From Candidatus Latescibacterota bacterium (GTDB taxonomy: Bacteria > Latescibacterota > UBA2968), in assembly GCA_965204375.1 (NCBI GenBank), contig OZ241986.1, forward strand, positions 3,296,001 through 3,360,000: a DNA stretch of 64,000 nucleotides, given 5' to 3'. The position numbers and the translations under genes are program-made. This document shows, piece by piece, positions 10,091 through 22,709 of the stretch. Positions within the stretch are counted from its first letter, which is position 1. Every line of letters begins with the position of its first letter. Under the pieces are notes generated by a model that worked only from the letters and a program-made list of their open reading frames with translations, was not told the DNA's origin and searched no databases.

Positions 10091-10724
10091 CTATAACCCT
10101 TCCATTCGCCCTGCGAATTTGATCCATCAGCTTTTGGGTCGCCTCAGTGGGATCGGGCTGGCAACACACGGCTGAAATCACCGCAATACCGTGCGCCCCT
10201 GCGCGCATCACCTCGCCGGCATTTTCTATCCCAATACCCCCAATGGCAATAATGGGAACACTGACCCCACTGACCATCTCGCTCAAGTCCTCCAGACCTC
10301 TCACCATGCCCGCATCGGCTTTTGAACCAGTTGCATAAATCGGTCCAAAACCGATGTAATCCGCACCTTCGGCAACACACTGCTGCGCCTGTGCAAGCGT
10401 CTTTGCCGTACCGCCAATCACCGCATCTTCACCGAGCAAATCGCGCGCTTTTTTAATGGGAAAATCATCTTGTCCCAAATGCACCCCATCGGCCTCTGCG
10501 ACAATCGCCACATCAACCCGGTCGTTCACAATCAAAGGCACATCACCACACGCATTCTTCACGGCAATAGCCGTCTCAATCAACGCGCGCGTCGAACCCT
10601 CTTTTTGTCGAAACTGAATGGTATCCGCTCCCCCAGCAACAGCCATCTGCGCCAGCGCACTATGTGAAAAGTGATCTTGCAAAACAACATCGGTTATGAC
10701 GTGAAGTCTGCCAATTTTTTTCAT
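10071..10724 (-). CDS. thiE: Thiamine-phosphate synthase
   Basis: IQFRQK, LIVNDRVDVA, DGVHLGQDD, DYIGFGPIYATGSK, AIGGI. Confidence 0.93.
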   Translation of the reverse strand: MKKIGRLHVITDVVLQDHFSHSALAQMAVAGGADTIQFRQKEGSTRALIETAIAVKNACGDVPLIVNDRVDVAIVAEADGVHLGQDDFPIKKARDLLGEDAVIGGTAKTLAQAQQCVAEGADYIGFGPIYATGSKADAGMVRGLEDLSEMVSGVSVPIIAIGGIGIENAGEVMRAGAHGIAVISAVCCQPDPTEATQKLMDQIRRANGRVIDEQKTG

Positions 10725-10731
10725 GTTAGAA

Positions 10732-11526
10732 TTAGCGTTCAGTACAGTCTAAAAAATAAAAGTGATTCACAGGACCGTTACCTTTGCCAATATCCAAACC
10801 GTGCCGGATAGCTTCGGTAATATAATTTTTTGCCCGATCTATTGCATCGCACAACCCGTATCCCAACGCAAAATTGGCTGCTATCGCCGATGCCAGTGTA
10901 CAACCTGTCCCGTGTGTATTCTCGGTATCGATGCGTTCACTTTCAAAAATCGTTTCACGCACCCCATCCCACAACACATCCACCGCTGCGCCCTCCAAAT
11001 GTCCCCCTTTCACCAGCACGGAACACGCGCTCAAATCGGCAATTTTACGCGCAGCAAAACCGGCATCTTCTCGCGTCTTTATTTTTTTTTCACTCAACAA
11101 GTCTGCTTCATGGCAATTCGGCGTCGCCAATGTAGCGAGCGGCAACAAACGGTCCGTAACACATTGTATGGCATCATCTCTGAGCAATGGAAACCCACTC
11201 GTCGAAATCATCACCGGATCGACCACGAGCGGTTGCCCATTGCGAGTTGTCAACTCATCGGTCACAGCCTCTACAATCTCACGCGAGGACAACATCCCCG
11301 TCTTCACCGCAGCAATCTCAAAATCGTCAAACACGGCACTTATCTGAGCGCGTACAATCTCCTCGGACAAATCACAAGCCGCACGCACCTCTTGTGTATT
11401 TTGAGCAGTTACCGATGTAATCGCAGACAGGCCAAACACGCCATGGGCGTGAAATGTTTTCAAATCCGCCTGAATGCCCGCGCCACCGCCGGAATCTGAA
11501 CCTGCAATTGTCAGGGCTTGTTTCAT
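10732..11526 (-). CDS. thiD: Hydroxymethylpyrimidine/phosphomethylpyrimidine kinase
   Basis: LTIAGSDSGGGAGIQADLKT, VKTGML, VVDPVM, THGTGCTL. Confidence 0.96.
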   Translation of the reverse strand: MKQALTIAGSDSGGGAGIQADLKTFHAHGVFGLSAITSVTAQNTQEVRAACDLSEEIVRAQISAVFDDFEIAAVKTGMLSSREIVEAVTDELTTRNGQPLVVDPVMISTSGFPLLRDDAIQCVTDRLLPLATLATPNCHEADLLSEKKIKTREDAGFAARKIADLSACSVLVKGGHLEGAAVDVLWDGVRETIFESERIDTENTHGTGCTLASAIAANFALGYGLCDAIDRAKNYITEAIRHGLDIGKGNGPVNHFYFLDCTER

Positions 11527-12137
11527 TCCCATGCCTTCAAAAATTCACATACCGCTTTGGTCGGATCTCTCGCAGCCAAAATACCCGACATCACCGCGAC
11601 ACCCGCACATCCCGTTGCGCGGCATTTAGCTGCGCGTTGAGGTGTTATACCACCCAGCGCGTAAACGGGTAAGCGAGAATGCGCCACCGCATTTGCCAAC
11701 CCCACCAACCCTGCTTCCACACCATCATACCCGGGTTTGGACCCCGGTGTGAAAATGGGACTATAAGTCACAAAATCTGCCCCACCAGCGCAATCTAATT
11801 CCGCATAGGTATGTGTGGAATAACCAATTAAAAATGACGGCCCGACCCGATCTCGGACCGCCCGCGGCAATGCACCACCTGGTAAATGCACACCCTGCGC
11901 GCCGATCTTCACGGCAATATCTACTGCTGTATTAATCAACAGCCTCGCATCATAACGCGCCACCAGCGACAACACCTTCTCACCCAAAGCTTTCAATTTA
12001 TCCCTATCCAGAGCTTTTTCCCGCAACTGCACCAGCCGCACCCCGGCATCCAGCGCACGCGCGAGCACATCCAGCATCGGTTGATCACCGCACGTTGCCC
12101 GATCGGCAATCAGATAGAGAGGTGGCAATGAATTCAA
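11523..12137 (-). CDS. Second ThiE-fold protein (thiazole tautomerase TenI-like or ThiE paralog)
   Basis: VQLREK, LLINT (not ND), [27 protein letters not shown]; directly after thiG. Confidence 0.8.
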   Translation of the reverse strand: MNSLPPLYLIADRATCGDQPMLDVLARALDAGVRLVQLREKALDRDKLKALGEKVLSLVARYDARLLINTAVDIAVKIGAQGVHLPGGALPRAVRDRVGPSFLIGYSTHTYAELDCAGGADFVTYSPIFTPGSKPGYDGVEAGLVGLANAVAHSRLPVYALGGITPQRAAKCRATGCAGVAVMSGILAARDPTKAVCEFLKAWE

Positions 12138-12910
12138 ATTTCCACCCGTCCTTCCATCGCTGTCGAAGCCGTCGCGTACAGCTTTCTGGGAATCCGCCCA
12201 GCTTCAAAAGCCAACCGCCCGGCTTCAACTCCCTTTTTCATTGCCATCGCCATCTTCACCGGATGCCGCGCTCCGGCCACCGCCGTATTCAACAACACAC
12301 CATCGCACCCCAATTCCATCGCCAGAGCAGCATCCGATGCGGTTCCCACACCCGCATCGACAATGACTGGCACATCGACCGAATCCAGAATAATCTGAAT
12401 ATTGTACGGATTGCGAATCCCCATTCCCGAACCAATGGGCGCACCCAGAGGCATCACAGCGGCGCACCCCAAATCTTCCAGCTTCTTACAGGTAATCGGA
12501 TCGTCATTGCAATAGGGCAACACAGTAAACCCATCATTCACCAGGGTCTCAGCAGCCTGGAGCAACCCCACCACATCCGGAAACAACGTGCGTTCATCCC
12601 CAATCACCTCTAACTTAATCAAATCGGTTTCCAGTGCTTCGCGGGCCAACCGCGCAGTAAGCACCGCGTCTTGAGCCGTAAAACATCCGGCAGTATTTGG
12701 CAAAATGGTGTATCGCGATCGATCGAGCAAATCGAGAACACCCTCGCCAGATTCGTCATTCATATTGAGCCGCCGAATGCCCACCGTTACAATCTCTGCG
12801 CCACTGGCTTCCACGGACTTCAGCATCACCTGCATATTGGGATAATGCGCAGTGCCTATCAACAGCCGTGAACGATATGTTACGCCTGCCATCTTAAAAT
12901 CGCCTGTCAT
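12134..12910 (-). CDS. thiG: Thiazole synthase
   Basis: [40 protein letters not shown]. Confidence 0.97.
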   Translation of the reverse strand: MTGDFKMAGVTYRSRLLIGTAHYPNMQVMLKSVEASGAEIVTVGIRRLNMNDESGEGVLDLLDRSRYTILPNTAGCFTAQDAVLTARLAREALETDLIKLEVIGDERTLFPDVVGLLQAAETLVNDGFTVLPYCNDDPITCKKLEDLGCAAVMPLGAPIGSGMGIRNPYNIQIILDSVDVPVIVDAGVGTASDAALAMELGCDGVLLNTAVAGARHPVKMAMAMKKGVEAGRLAFEAGRIPRKLYATASTAMEGRVEI

Positions 12911-12922
12911 AATATCCTCAGT

Positions 12923-13129
12923 CTATCCCCCCTGAACCGCGTGAATAATATCCACCCGATCGCCATTGCGCAACCGCATATCTGTCCACATCGCCCGCGC
13001 TATGACCTCGGCATTTACAGCCACGGCAATACCTTTTTGTTCGGCTTTAAAATTCATCTCAATCAGCAAATCAAGCAGCGTTGATGCACCATCCACTGAT
13101 TGCTCTTGACCATTCACTATAAGTTGCAT
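12923..13129 (-). CDS. thiS: Sulfur carrier protein ThiS
   Basis: MQLIVNG...IAVAVN...GDRVDIIHAVQGG with C-terminal GG. Confidence 0.93.
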   Translation of the reverse strand: MQLIVNGQEQSVDGASTLLDLLIEMNFKAEQKGIAVAVNAEVIARAMWTDMRLRNGDRVDIIHAVQGG

Positions 13130-13133
13130 GAGT

Positions 13134-16351
<3,218 letters not shown>

Positions 16352-16361
16352 GGGGAATTGA

Positions 16362-16730
16362 ATGAATACATCGCATTTTGTCACATCTGAAATTATTCAG
16401 CACATCGTTGACACGATTGTGTATGCTGTACATCCCCATAAAATTCTGATATTTGGGTCTTGCGCTAATAAAAAGATGAAATGGGATAGTGACTTAGACC
16501 TATTTATAGAAATGGACACGGATGTGTCATTTGTGGATCGCGCATTAAGTATTCGCAATTTGTTCGATAAGGTCCCCTGCCCGCTGGATATTGTTGTTTA
16601 TACACCTGAGGAAGTTGCCTATTGGCGTGAAGTGCCTTCTTCATTTGTACACAAAATTTTTGCCGAGGGTTACGTCGTTCATGACCGAGCCACAGAAAAA
16701 TCTGGTCAAACAGTGGATGCTCAAAGCTGA
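16362..16730 (+). CDS. Minimal nucleotidyltransferase (MNT) antitoxin
   Basis: IFGS-x8-DSDLDL, LDIVVYTPEE. Confidence 0.85.
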   Translation: MNTSHFVTSEIIQHIVDTIVYAVHPHKILIFGSCANKKMKWDSDLDLFIEMDTDVSFVDRALSIRNLFDKVPCPLDIVVYTPEEVAYWREVPSSFVHKIFAEGYVVHDRATEKSGQTVDAQS

Positions 16731-17106
16731 GAATGATCTGCTGAATGTCGCCAATAATCTACAATCGGATTCTATACCCTGGGATACGGTCTGCTTTCAT
16801 TGTCAGCAGGTCGTAGAAAAATATATCAAGGCAATTCTGGTAATTCACAATCGAGAAATCCCAAGAATTCACGATCTGGAGCAACTTTACAACTTGATTC
16901 AATCGCAGATACCATCCCTGGAAAATCAAAGAGCCGAATTGCGATGGTTGACCACTTATGCTGTTAGTAGTCGATATCCCGTAGAAATTGAAGATGTGTG
17001 CCCAGGTAAAGATGAAGGAAGACGTGCTCATCAACTTGCGAAGACCATCCGAAATACATGCCGAACTTATATGCAGTGCTTCTCCAAAGACCTGATAAGA
17101 GATTGA
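16681..17106 (+). CDS. HEPN-domain protein (toxin partner of MNT)
   Basis: WMLKAENDL, CFHCQQVVEKYIKA, PRIHDL, YAVSSRYP; overlaps MNT gene. Confidence 0.85.
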   Translation: MTEPQKNLVKQWMLKAENDLLNVANNLQSDSIPWDTVCFHCQQVVEKYIKAILVIHNREIPRIHDLEQLYNLIQSQIPSLENQRAELRWLTTYAVSSRYPVEIEDVCPGKDEGRRAHQLAKTIRNTCRTYMQCFSKDLIRD

Positions 17107-17191
17107 GGCTGGAGACAGAAGAGTCTGAGATTTGCCAGATTGCGGATTGAACAATGTCTAACTTGTCCTACTTATTTGGAGTATACAACAA

Positions 17192-18130
17192 ATGACCGGA
17201 GCAAAGATTTTTGCCTTTATTAACTACAAAGGTGGTGTCGCAAAAACGACATCAACCTATCATATTGGATGCTGGTTAGCCGGGCTCAAAGAAAAAAAAG
17301 TTTTGTTGATCGATATCGATCCTCAGACGAATCTGACATTTTTATGTGCTTCTATTGAAGACTGGGAAACGCGCAAGTCCAAAGTCGGCACAATCGCCAC
17401 AATGTATAAGAGATATCTAAATAGGAATCCTATAGATGTTAAAAGATATCTATGGGAAACTCCTATTCGTTTAAGGGATGGTCGCCGTCATCCAAGGATT
17501 GATTTGGTGCCATGCGATATAGACTTGATCGGAGAGGATATTGGCAGCGGCCAAATCGCTGGGGCATATCCAAGCATGGAGATGTTGAAGATGAACGCAC
17601 AGCAGTTTATGCGTGACCGGGACTTCCTTGCCAAAGCCATTGATGAAGTCAGGGACAAGTACGATTACATTCTCATAGATTGCCCGCCAAATCTTTATTT
17701 GATGACACAGAATGCGCTAGTGGCGAGTGATTACTATATTGTGACGGCGATACCAGACCATCTTTCTACTATTGGCTTGAATATCCTGATAAACAAAGTT
17801 AAAAAGATCGATGATCTTGTGGAGCATGCAGCAGCTTTGGCTGGCAAAAATGCGGAGCGTCACCGTATTGCTGAGTTTGGCGCAATCCTTTTCGCTCGAG
17901 TACGAATCGGAGGTTCAATGCTCACGACAGCACATGCGGACAAGATGGAGGAAATTCGATCATATTCAGGTCTGGAGTGCTTCGAAACGCATACAACCGA
18001 GTTAATTGGATATACGGAAGCTGCTGAAAACAGCCTGCCAGTCTGGTTGCATGATTCTGATAATGCCCGGCGGGCTACGCAGAAGCAAGAATATCCCAAG
18101 ATTGTCGATGAACTATTGGGGAAATTTTGA
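17192..18130 (+). CDS. ParA/Soj-family ATPase with no parB nearby
   Basis: Deviant Walker A KGGVAKTT, IDIDPQTNLT, IDCPPNL. Confidence 0.88.
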   Translation: MTGAKIFAFINYKGGVAKTTSTYHIGCWLAGLKEKKVLLIDIDPQTNLTFLCASIEDWETRKSKVGTIATMYKRYLNRNPIDVKRYLWETPIRLRDGRRHPRIDLVPCDIDLIGEDIGSGQIAGAYPSMEMLKMNAQQFMRDRDFLAKAIDEVRDKYDYILIDCPPNLYLMTQNALVASDYYIVTAIPDHLSTIGLNILINKVKKIDDLVEHAAALAGKNAERHRIAEFGAILFARVRIGGSMLTTAHADKMEEIRSYSGLECFETHTTELIGYTEAAENSLPVWLHDSDNARRATQKQEYPKIVDELLGKF

Positions 18131-18132
18131 TA

Positions 18133-18711
18133 ATGAATAACTCTGGAAAATTGACTGGGAAGAAGCTAGAAAGCTTCTTAAGCAAGATGTCCGAACTGGT
18201 TGACACCTTGCCATCGCAGGAAACGAAAGACCGACTTGATCAAGAACTGGAAGCCTTGATCAAGTTCCTACAAGACTTCCAGAACAGACTAAAGTCGCTT
18301 CCCACAGAAGAAGACGTATATGGCGTCACGTCATCAATAGAAACAATAAAAGACTGTGTGCGTATCGCTGAGTCAGATCCTGTAATGTCGCGTGTTCTGG
18401 GCCTTTCAGCCGACAATGGAGCGTTGAGGAGACGTCCGAACAACTCCCTTACACAACAAGACCGTGAGGAAGCAAAAGCTATAGCAGAAGAATTAAAAGA
18501 ACTGTCGCCTAGAGATGTCGAGCGTAAGTTGGCAAACAACAGAAAGTACACCATTCCAATTCTGAGACAGATAGCAGGGGCTCTGGGAATAAATATCCCA
18601 TCCAAGTCAACTCGGTTATCTATCATTGAAAAAATAGCTAAGAAAATAGCCAATCTTCGAGGGTACAATTACCTTAGACATAGAAGTGACGAAAGTATCA
18701 GTGCATCATAG
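18133..18711 (+). CDS. Hypothetical alpha-helical protein with C-terminal Rho_N/HeH-like motif
   Basis: Starts 2 bp after ParA stop; YTIPILRQIAGALGINIPSKSTRLSIIEKI resembles helix-extension-helix domain. Confidence 0.65.
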   Translation: MNNSGKLTGKKLESFLSKMSELVDTLPSQETKDRLDQELEALIKFLQDFQNRLKSLPTEEDVYGVTSSIETIKDCVRIAESDPVMSRVLGLSADNGALRRRPNNSLTQQDREEAKAIAEELKELSPRDVERKLANNRKYTIPILRQIAGALGINIPSKSTRLSIIEKIAKKIANLRGYNYLRHRSDESISAS

Positions 18712-18723
18712 AGGCAGGTCGCG

Positions 18724-18910
18724 TTGATCCAGGCCTTGATCCCATTAGAATTAGACGCCTATCCGGACACAGATACACTCGCAAAGACGCTCAAAACCCC
18801 AATCGCCTGCCTGTGCCGGGCACGGCAGCCAAGTAGGTGGAGCAGTCAAAAAGGGTCTGTGTATTTGGCCGATCAAAAAGTGCCCATATCTGTGCCCAGA
18901 GTACGTAATG
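18724..18910 (+). mobile_element. IS256-family transposase remnant (N-terminal fragment)
   Basis: IQALIPL...RWSSQKGSVYLADQKVPISVPRVR resembles IS256-type N-terminus ending in VPRxR; no DDE core follows. Confidence 0.55.
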
Positions 18911-18921
18911 GTGAACAAAAA

Positions 18922-19836
18922 ATGAAAGAGCGGAAATCCATCGCGAAATGGGGTTTTGGCATGGCCCCAATATCATCGCGAATGCAACGGCGCTACGACG
19001 CGGCTGTTCAAACCGCTCTCGATCTATTCGGTGGTAACATTGAGCTACAAAAAGTTCCTTTAGACGATATTAGTGAACTCAAAGGGATGTTTAATCGTTG
19101 CCTACGTAAAGATCAATGGGACTGGTTTAGCGTCTTCACTAAGTTTGGCGAACCAAGTCATAAACACATGCGGGGAATAGCCAATAACCTCCAGACCCTT
19201 CGTCGCTCAATTATCACCGACGATCAAGTGTCAATAGAATCTGCAAAACAGCAACTCATTGACAATAATCTTCTGCTATACCTCCACAACTATCAGGAAG
19301 ATATAAATTCATCCAGTGGCTCTGATGATGATGGATGGGTATATATTCTCTCAACGCGTGAGCAACCAAACATCCTCAAAATCGGTATGACACGCCGTTC
19401 TGTATCTCAGCGAGTAAAGGAAATCAATTCAGCAACAGGAGTGCTGATTCCATTCTCAGCACGGCACGTATTCCGGGTCAAACATGCTACAGATGCCGAA
19501 CGTGAAATTTTCGCTCTCTTGAGCCAATACCGCCTTAGGTCTGACCGGGAGTTTTTTGAAATACCCTTCAATAAAGCAGTAACCCTTATTAATGAGTATC
19601 TTGCTAAAGCCCGGATGCGTCAGCGACAACAGGGAACAATAGTGTGGTTTAATTCAAAAAAGAAATATGGTTTTATCGCAACTGATGAAAATAAGGATAT
19701 ATTTGTACATTCATCTCAAGTGACAAGAAGTGATTTATCTATGCTAAAATCAGGCACAGTTGTCGAGTTTGATCTTGGACGTAATCCACGTGGATTATGT
19801 GCTCTCCGAGTACAGGTGATCAAAGACACCATCTAA
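18922..19836 (+). CDS. GIY-YIG (T5orf172-type) nuclease fused to C-terminal cold-shock domain
   Basis: GWVYIL..LKIGMT..RVKEIN..AEREIF..REFF; GTIVWFNSKKKYGFI..DIFVHSS (RNP1/RNP2). Confidence 0.85.
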   Translation: MKERKSIAKWGFGMAPISSRMQRRYDAAVQTALDLFGGNIELQKVPLDDISELKGMFNRCLRKDQWDWFSVFTKFGEPSHKHMRGIANNLQTLRRSIITDDQVSIESAKQQLIDNNLLLYLHNYQEDINSSSGSDDDGWVYILSTREQPNILKIGMTRRSVSQRVKEINSATGVLIPFSARHVFRVKHATDAEREIFALLSQYRLRSDREFFEIPFNKAVTLINEYLAKARMRQRQQGTIVWFNSKKKYGFIATDENKDIFVHSSQVTRSDLSMLKSGTVVEFDLGRNPRGLCALRVQVIKDTI

Positions 19837-19839
19837 TAA

Positions 19840-20430
19840 GTGAAAAAGCTCATTTAGCGGGCTAACGGGCAAGATCCAAGGGGGCTGACAATTGATTACA
19901 ATAGCAGTCTTCCATGCGGGAAGACACTCGTCAAGGTTGGACGAGATACTGTGGAAGTCCCCTGCTTCTACTTCTTTGCCTTGCTGCGCAACGACAGTTC
20001 CTCAATGGTAACTTCCATTCTGATGGATGGTGATTTTCTCAATTACGACTTCGATCTGCACAAGGATGCAAAGTACGCCAATCAAAGCGAGTACGGCCAT
20101 GGTCCGTATGGAGAAGGCTCTGTTCGGCACCGACGAATGTACACATATCCAAATCCACTGAATTACAAACTACATTTCTTTCATCTTCGCCACATACTTG
20201 TGATCAAACAGCATGATCTATCATATCTCTCTACACGCGCAGCAAAATGCACTGACTTCATTATCAGAGATGACAAGTACCAAAATTCCTTCCATTACGT
20301 CGTGATTGACAACCCTGCAAGCCAGCCACTTCCTCTTGACCAATTGCCAGTCCGTCGGGACATTTTTCGAGCGTGCAAGGCCCGCCGCCCAAGAGAACGT
20401 ACGGCAGCCATGCCTCAATTGCCAGAATAA
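19840..20430 (+). pseudogene. Truncated putative type II restriction endonuclease (PD-(D/E)xK-like)
   Basis: Frame reads VKKLI*RANGQDPRGLTIDYNSSLPCG...GSVRHRRMYTYPNP; ExKK/NSS/RxRxM..NP layout recalls NgoPII-like enzymes; in-frame TAG 19855; ends 5 bp before MTase. Confidence 0.4.
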
Positions 20431-20435
20431 TCCTC

Positions 20436-22610
20436 ATGCCCAAACTCATAGAGAAAGACTTTCCATTTGCAGAACTCTCGCTTATCGCTGAGCGAGAATC
20501 CTGGCGTAAGGAGGTCCATCGTCCTATCTACTATCTCCACAAGTGGTGGGCACGGCGGCTCGGCTCAGTTTTCCGAGGAATCGTATTAGGCGCGTGTTTA
20601 GAGGATTCTGAGGATTTCTGGGACCGTTTCTACAACATGAATAACTTTGATAGTACCGTCGTCTTCGATCCCTTCATGGGAAGTGGTGTTGCGGTTGGTG
20701 AGGCCGTCAAACTCGGCTGCAAAGCCGCAGGCCGAGATATAAATCCGGTCTCATACATCGCCTGTCGCGCTGCATTTTCCCAATATGCAGCCGCAGAAGT
20801 TCTCTCTACTTATCGACATTTAGAGCAGTCGCTCTCCTCAAAACTCCTCAGCTACTTCCAAACAAAAACAAATACGGGACAGGACGCGACCGTTTTATAC
20901 TATTTTCTTGTGAAAGTGGTCTCTTGTCCGAAATGTCAAAAAAAAATTGACCTTTTCAAAACACGGATTTTCTCCAAGAACGCCACTCCCCGCAAAGATC
21001 CTTCTGCACGCACGCTCTGTCCGGCATGTGATACTATCAACTTTACAGTTTACGACGCTGATTGTGTCCGCTGTTCAACATGTTCGCTTGAATATAATCC
21101 TCAAAGAGGAAATATCAAAGGCGCAGTAGTCCATTGTGATGGCTGCCAGCACACTTTCCGTCTGATTGACAAAATGAAAACTGTTGAAGGTCCTTTACCC
21201 TTTCGTCGCTATGCAAAGATGCTTCTGACAAAAGATGGAGAGAAACTCTATGAGCCGATGAACGAATTCGATAGAGAGCTTGAACGCCAGATATCAGAAG
21301 AGTGTGCTGCAATCTCGAACAATTTTCCGGTCGTAGCTATTGAGCCAGGCTACAACACAGACCAGATGTTAAATCACAACTATCGTCACTGGCACGAACT
21401 TTTCTCTGATAGGCAACTCGTCTGTATCGACCATCTTCTCAAGGCAATCAAAGGTATTGAAAATCCAGACTTGAAACGCCTGTTTGCCTGCCTCTTCTCT
21501 GGGACTTTAGAATTCAACAATTTGTTTACGTCTTTTAAGGGAGAAGGCACAGGAGCCGTACGACACATGTTTTCTCACCACGTCTTGAGGCCAGAAGTAA
21601 TGCCCCTTGAAGCAAATATTTGGGGAACCAGCAAATCTTCAGGAGCATTTTCGGGACTGTTTCGTTCGCGCATTGAGAAGGCACTCGCCTATAAATCCGA
21701 TCCGTCTGAATTACAGGTTAATTCATCAAAGAGCACAAAGGTTAGCGGTATCAATCATCCCGTCTCTGTACAGATAGCAGACACTTTCGCTCAGTTCGCT
21801 GCACAGCCAAACATGGTCTATCTCACCTCTGGCGATTCCAGTTCCCTGGATATTCCTGACAAAAGTGTTGATCTTGTCGTGACAGACCCTCCTTTTTTTG
21901 ACAATATTCACTATTCACAACTCGCCGACTTCTTCTATTATTGGCTCAATCAAGCACTAGAATTTTCCTCTAAAAAGACTACAAGGTGTGCAAGTGAGGT
22001 GCAGGACACTCATCCCGAACGTTTCACAAGCAAACTCACTTCGGTTTTTGCTGAGTGTAATCGCATCCTCCGCGACAAAGGCCTATTTGTTTTTACTTAT
22101 CACCATTCACGACACGAGGGTTGGACTTCTATTCATCGCGCAATCAGACAGGCTGGACTTATTTGTACACAAGTCTATCCGATAAAGGCCGAGATGTCGG
22201 TGTCAATGCCTTTACAACAGGCCGCATCACCGATTCACTTAGACCTCATTCTCGTATGTCGCAAAGCTCAAAACAAGACCGTAAACGGCCGGACAAATTA
22301 TTCACATCATCCTGCGATTGACAAAGCTAAGGAACAAGCATTGAATCTGAAATCAGCCGGTATTAAGATGTCCCTCGGTGATGCGAAAGTCATCCTTATG
22401 GGATGCTTTCTGTGCGAAGCCCATAAAATGGGGAATATCGAACAAGAGGAGAAGCTTTTTACGGAACTGGAACAACGTCTTGATGATTACGTCAATCAAG
22501 TGATGTCTGCAAAAGGTAAAGTACGTTATAAAGTCAAAGAGCAGGAACAACTCCTGCTCTTTGAGGAAATAGAGAAATACCTGACTAACAAAGAGGGGAG
22601 TCAGGTTTAG
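20436..22610 (+). CDS. DNA amino-methyltransferase (DUF1156-like, with Zn-ribbon insertion)
   Basis: LHKWWARR, FDPFMGSG (motif I), four CxxC pairs, VTDPPFF (motif IV). Confidence 0.88.
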   Translation: MPKLIEKDFPFAELSLIAERESWRKEVHRPIYYLHKWWARRLGSVFRGIVLGACLEDSEDFWDRFYNMNNFDSTVVFDPFMGSGVAVGEAVKLGCKAAGRDINPVSYIACRAAFSQYAAAEVLSTYRHLEQSLSSKLLSYFQTKTNTGQDATVLYYFLVKVVSCPKCQKKIDLFKTRIFSKNATPRKDPSARTLCPACDTINFTVYDADCVRCSTCSLEYNPQRGNIKGAVVHCDGCQHTFRLIDKMKTVEGPLPFRRYAKMLLTKDGEKLYEPMNEFDRELERQISEECAAISNNFPVVAIEPGYNTDQMLNHNYRHWHELFSDRQLVCIDHLLKAIKGIENPDLKRLFACLFSGTLEFNNLFTSFKGEGTGAVRHMFSHHVLRPEVMPLEANIWGTSKSSGAFSGLFRSRIEKALAYKSDPSELQVNSSKSTKVSGINHPVSVQIADTFAQFAAQPNMVYLTSGDSSSLDIPDKSVDLVVTDPPFFDNIHYSQLADFFYYWLNQALEFSSKKTTRCASEVQDTHPERFTSKLTSVFAECNRILRDKGLFVFTYHHSRHEGWTSIHRAIRQAGLICTQVYPIKAEMSVSMPLQQAASPIHLDLILVCRKAQNKTVNGRTNYSHHPAIDKAKEQALNLKSAGIKMSLGDAKVILMGCFLCEAHKMGNIEQEEKLFTELEQRLDDYVNQVMSAKGKVRYKVKEQEQLLLFEEIEKYLTNKEGSQV

Positions 22611-22620
22611 ACTGCCCCCT

Positions 22621-22654
22621 CTGGATTGCGGCTCAAAACCATGCCGCAATGACG
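22621..22654. repeat. REP-like palindromic element
   Basis: ctgg-attgcggc-tcaaaaccat-gccgcaat-gacg, same architecture as CTGGATTCCCGC..GCGGGAATGAC repeats. Confidence 0.55.
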
Positions 22655-22709
22655 ATTGCAATCCTATATGGTCGCTCAATAACAGATAATCTAACCATTG
22701 TTTATTAAC

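Noticed and set aside
10071-12137. Two ThiE-like genes in one operon
   Set aside because: ThiE plus TenI-like paralog is a known arrangement in thiO-type operons
19855-19857. TAG as a pyrrolysine or recoded codon
   Set aside because: No pyl context, other genes here end in TAG, and the gene is also 5'-truncated
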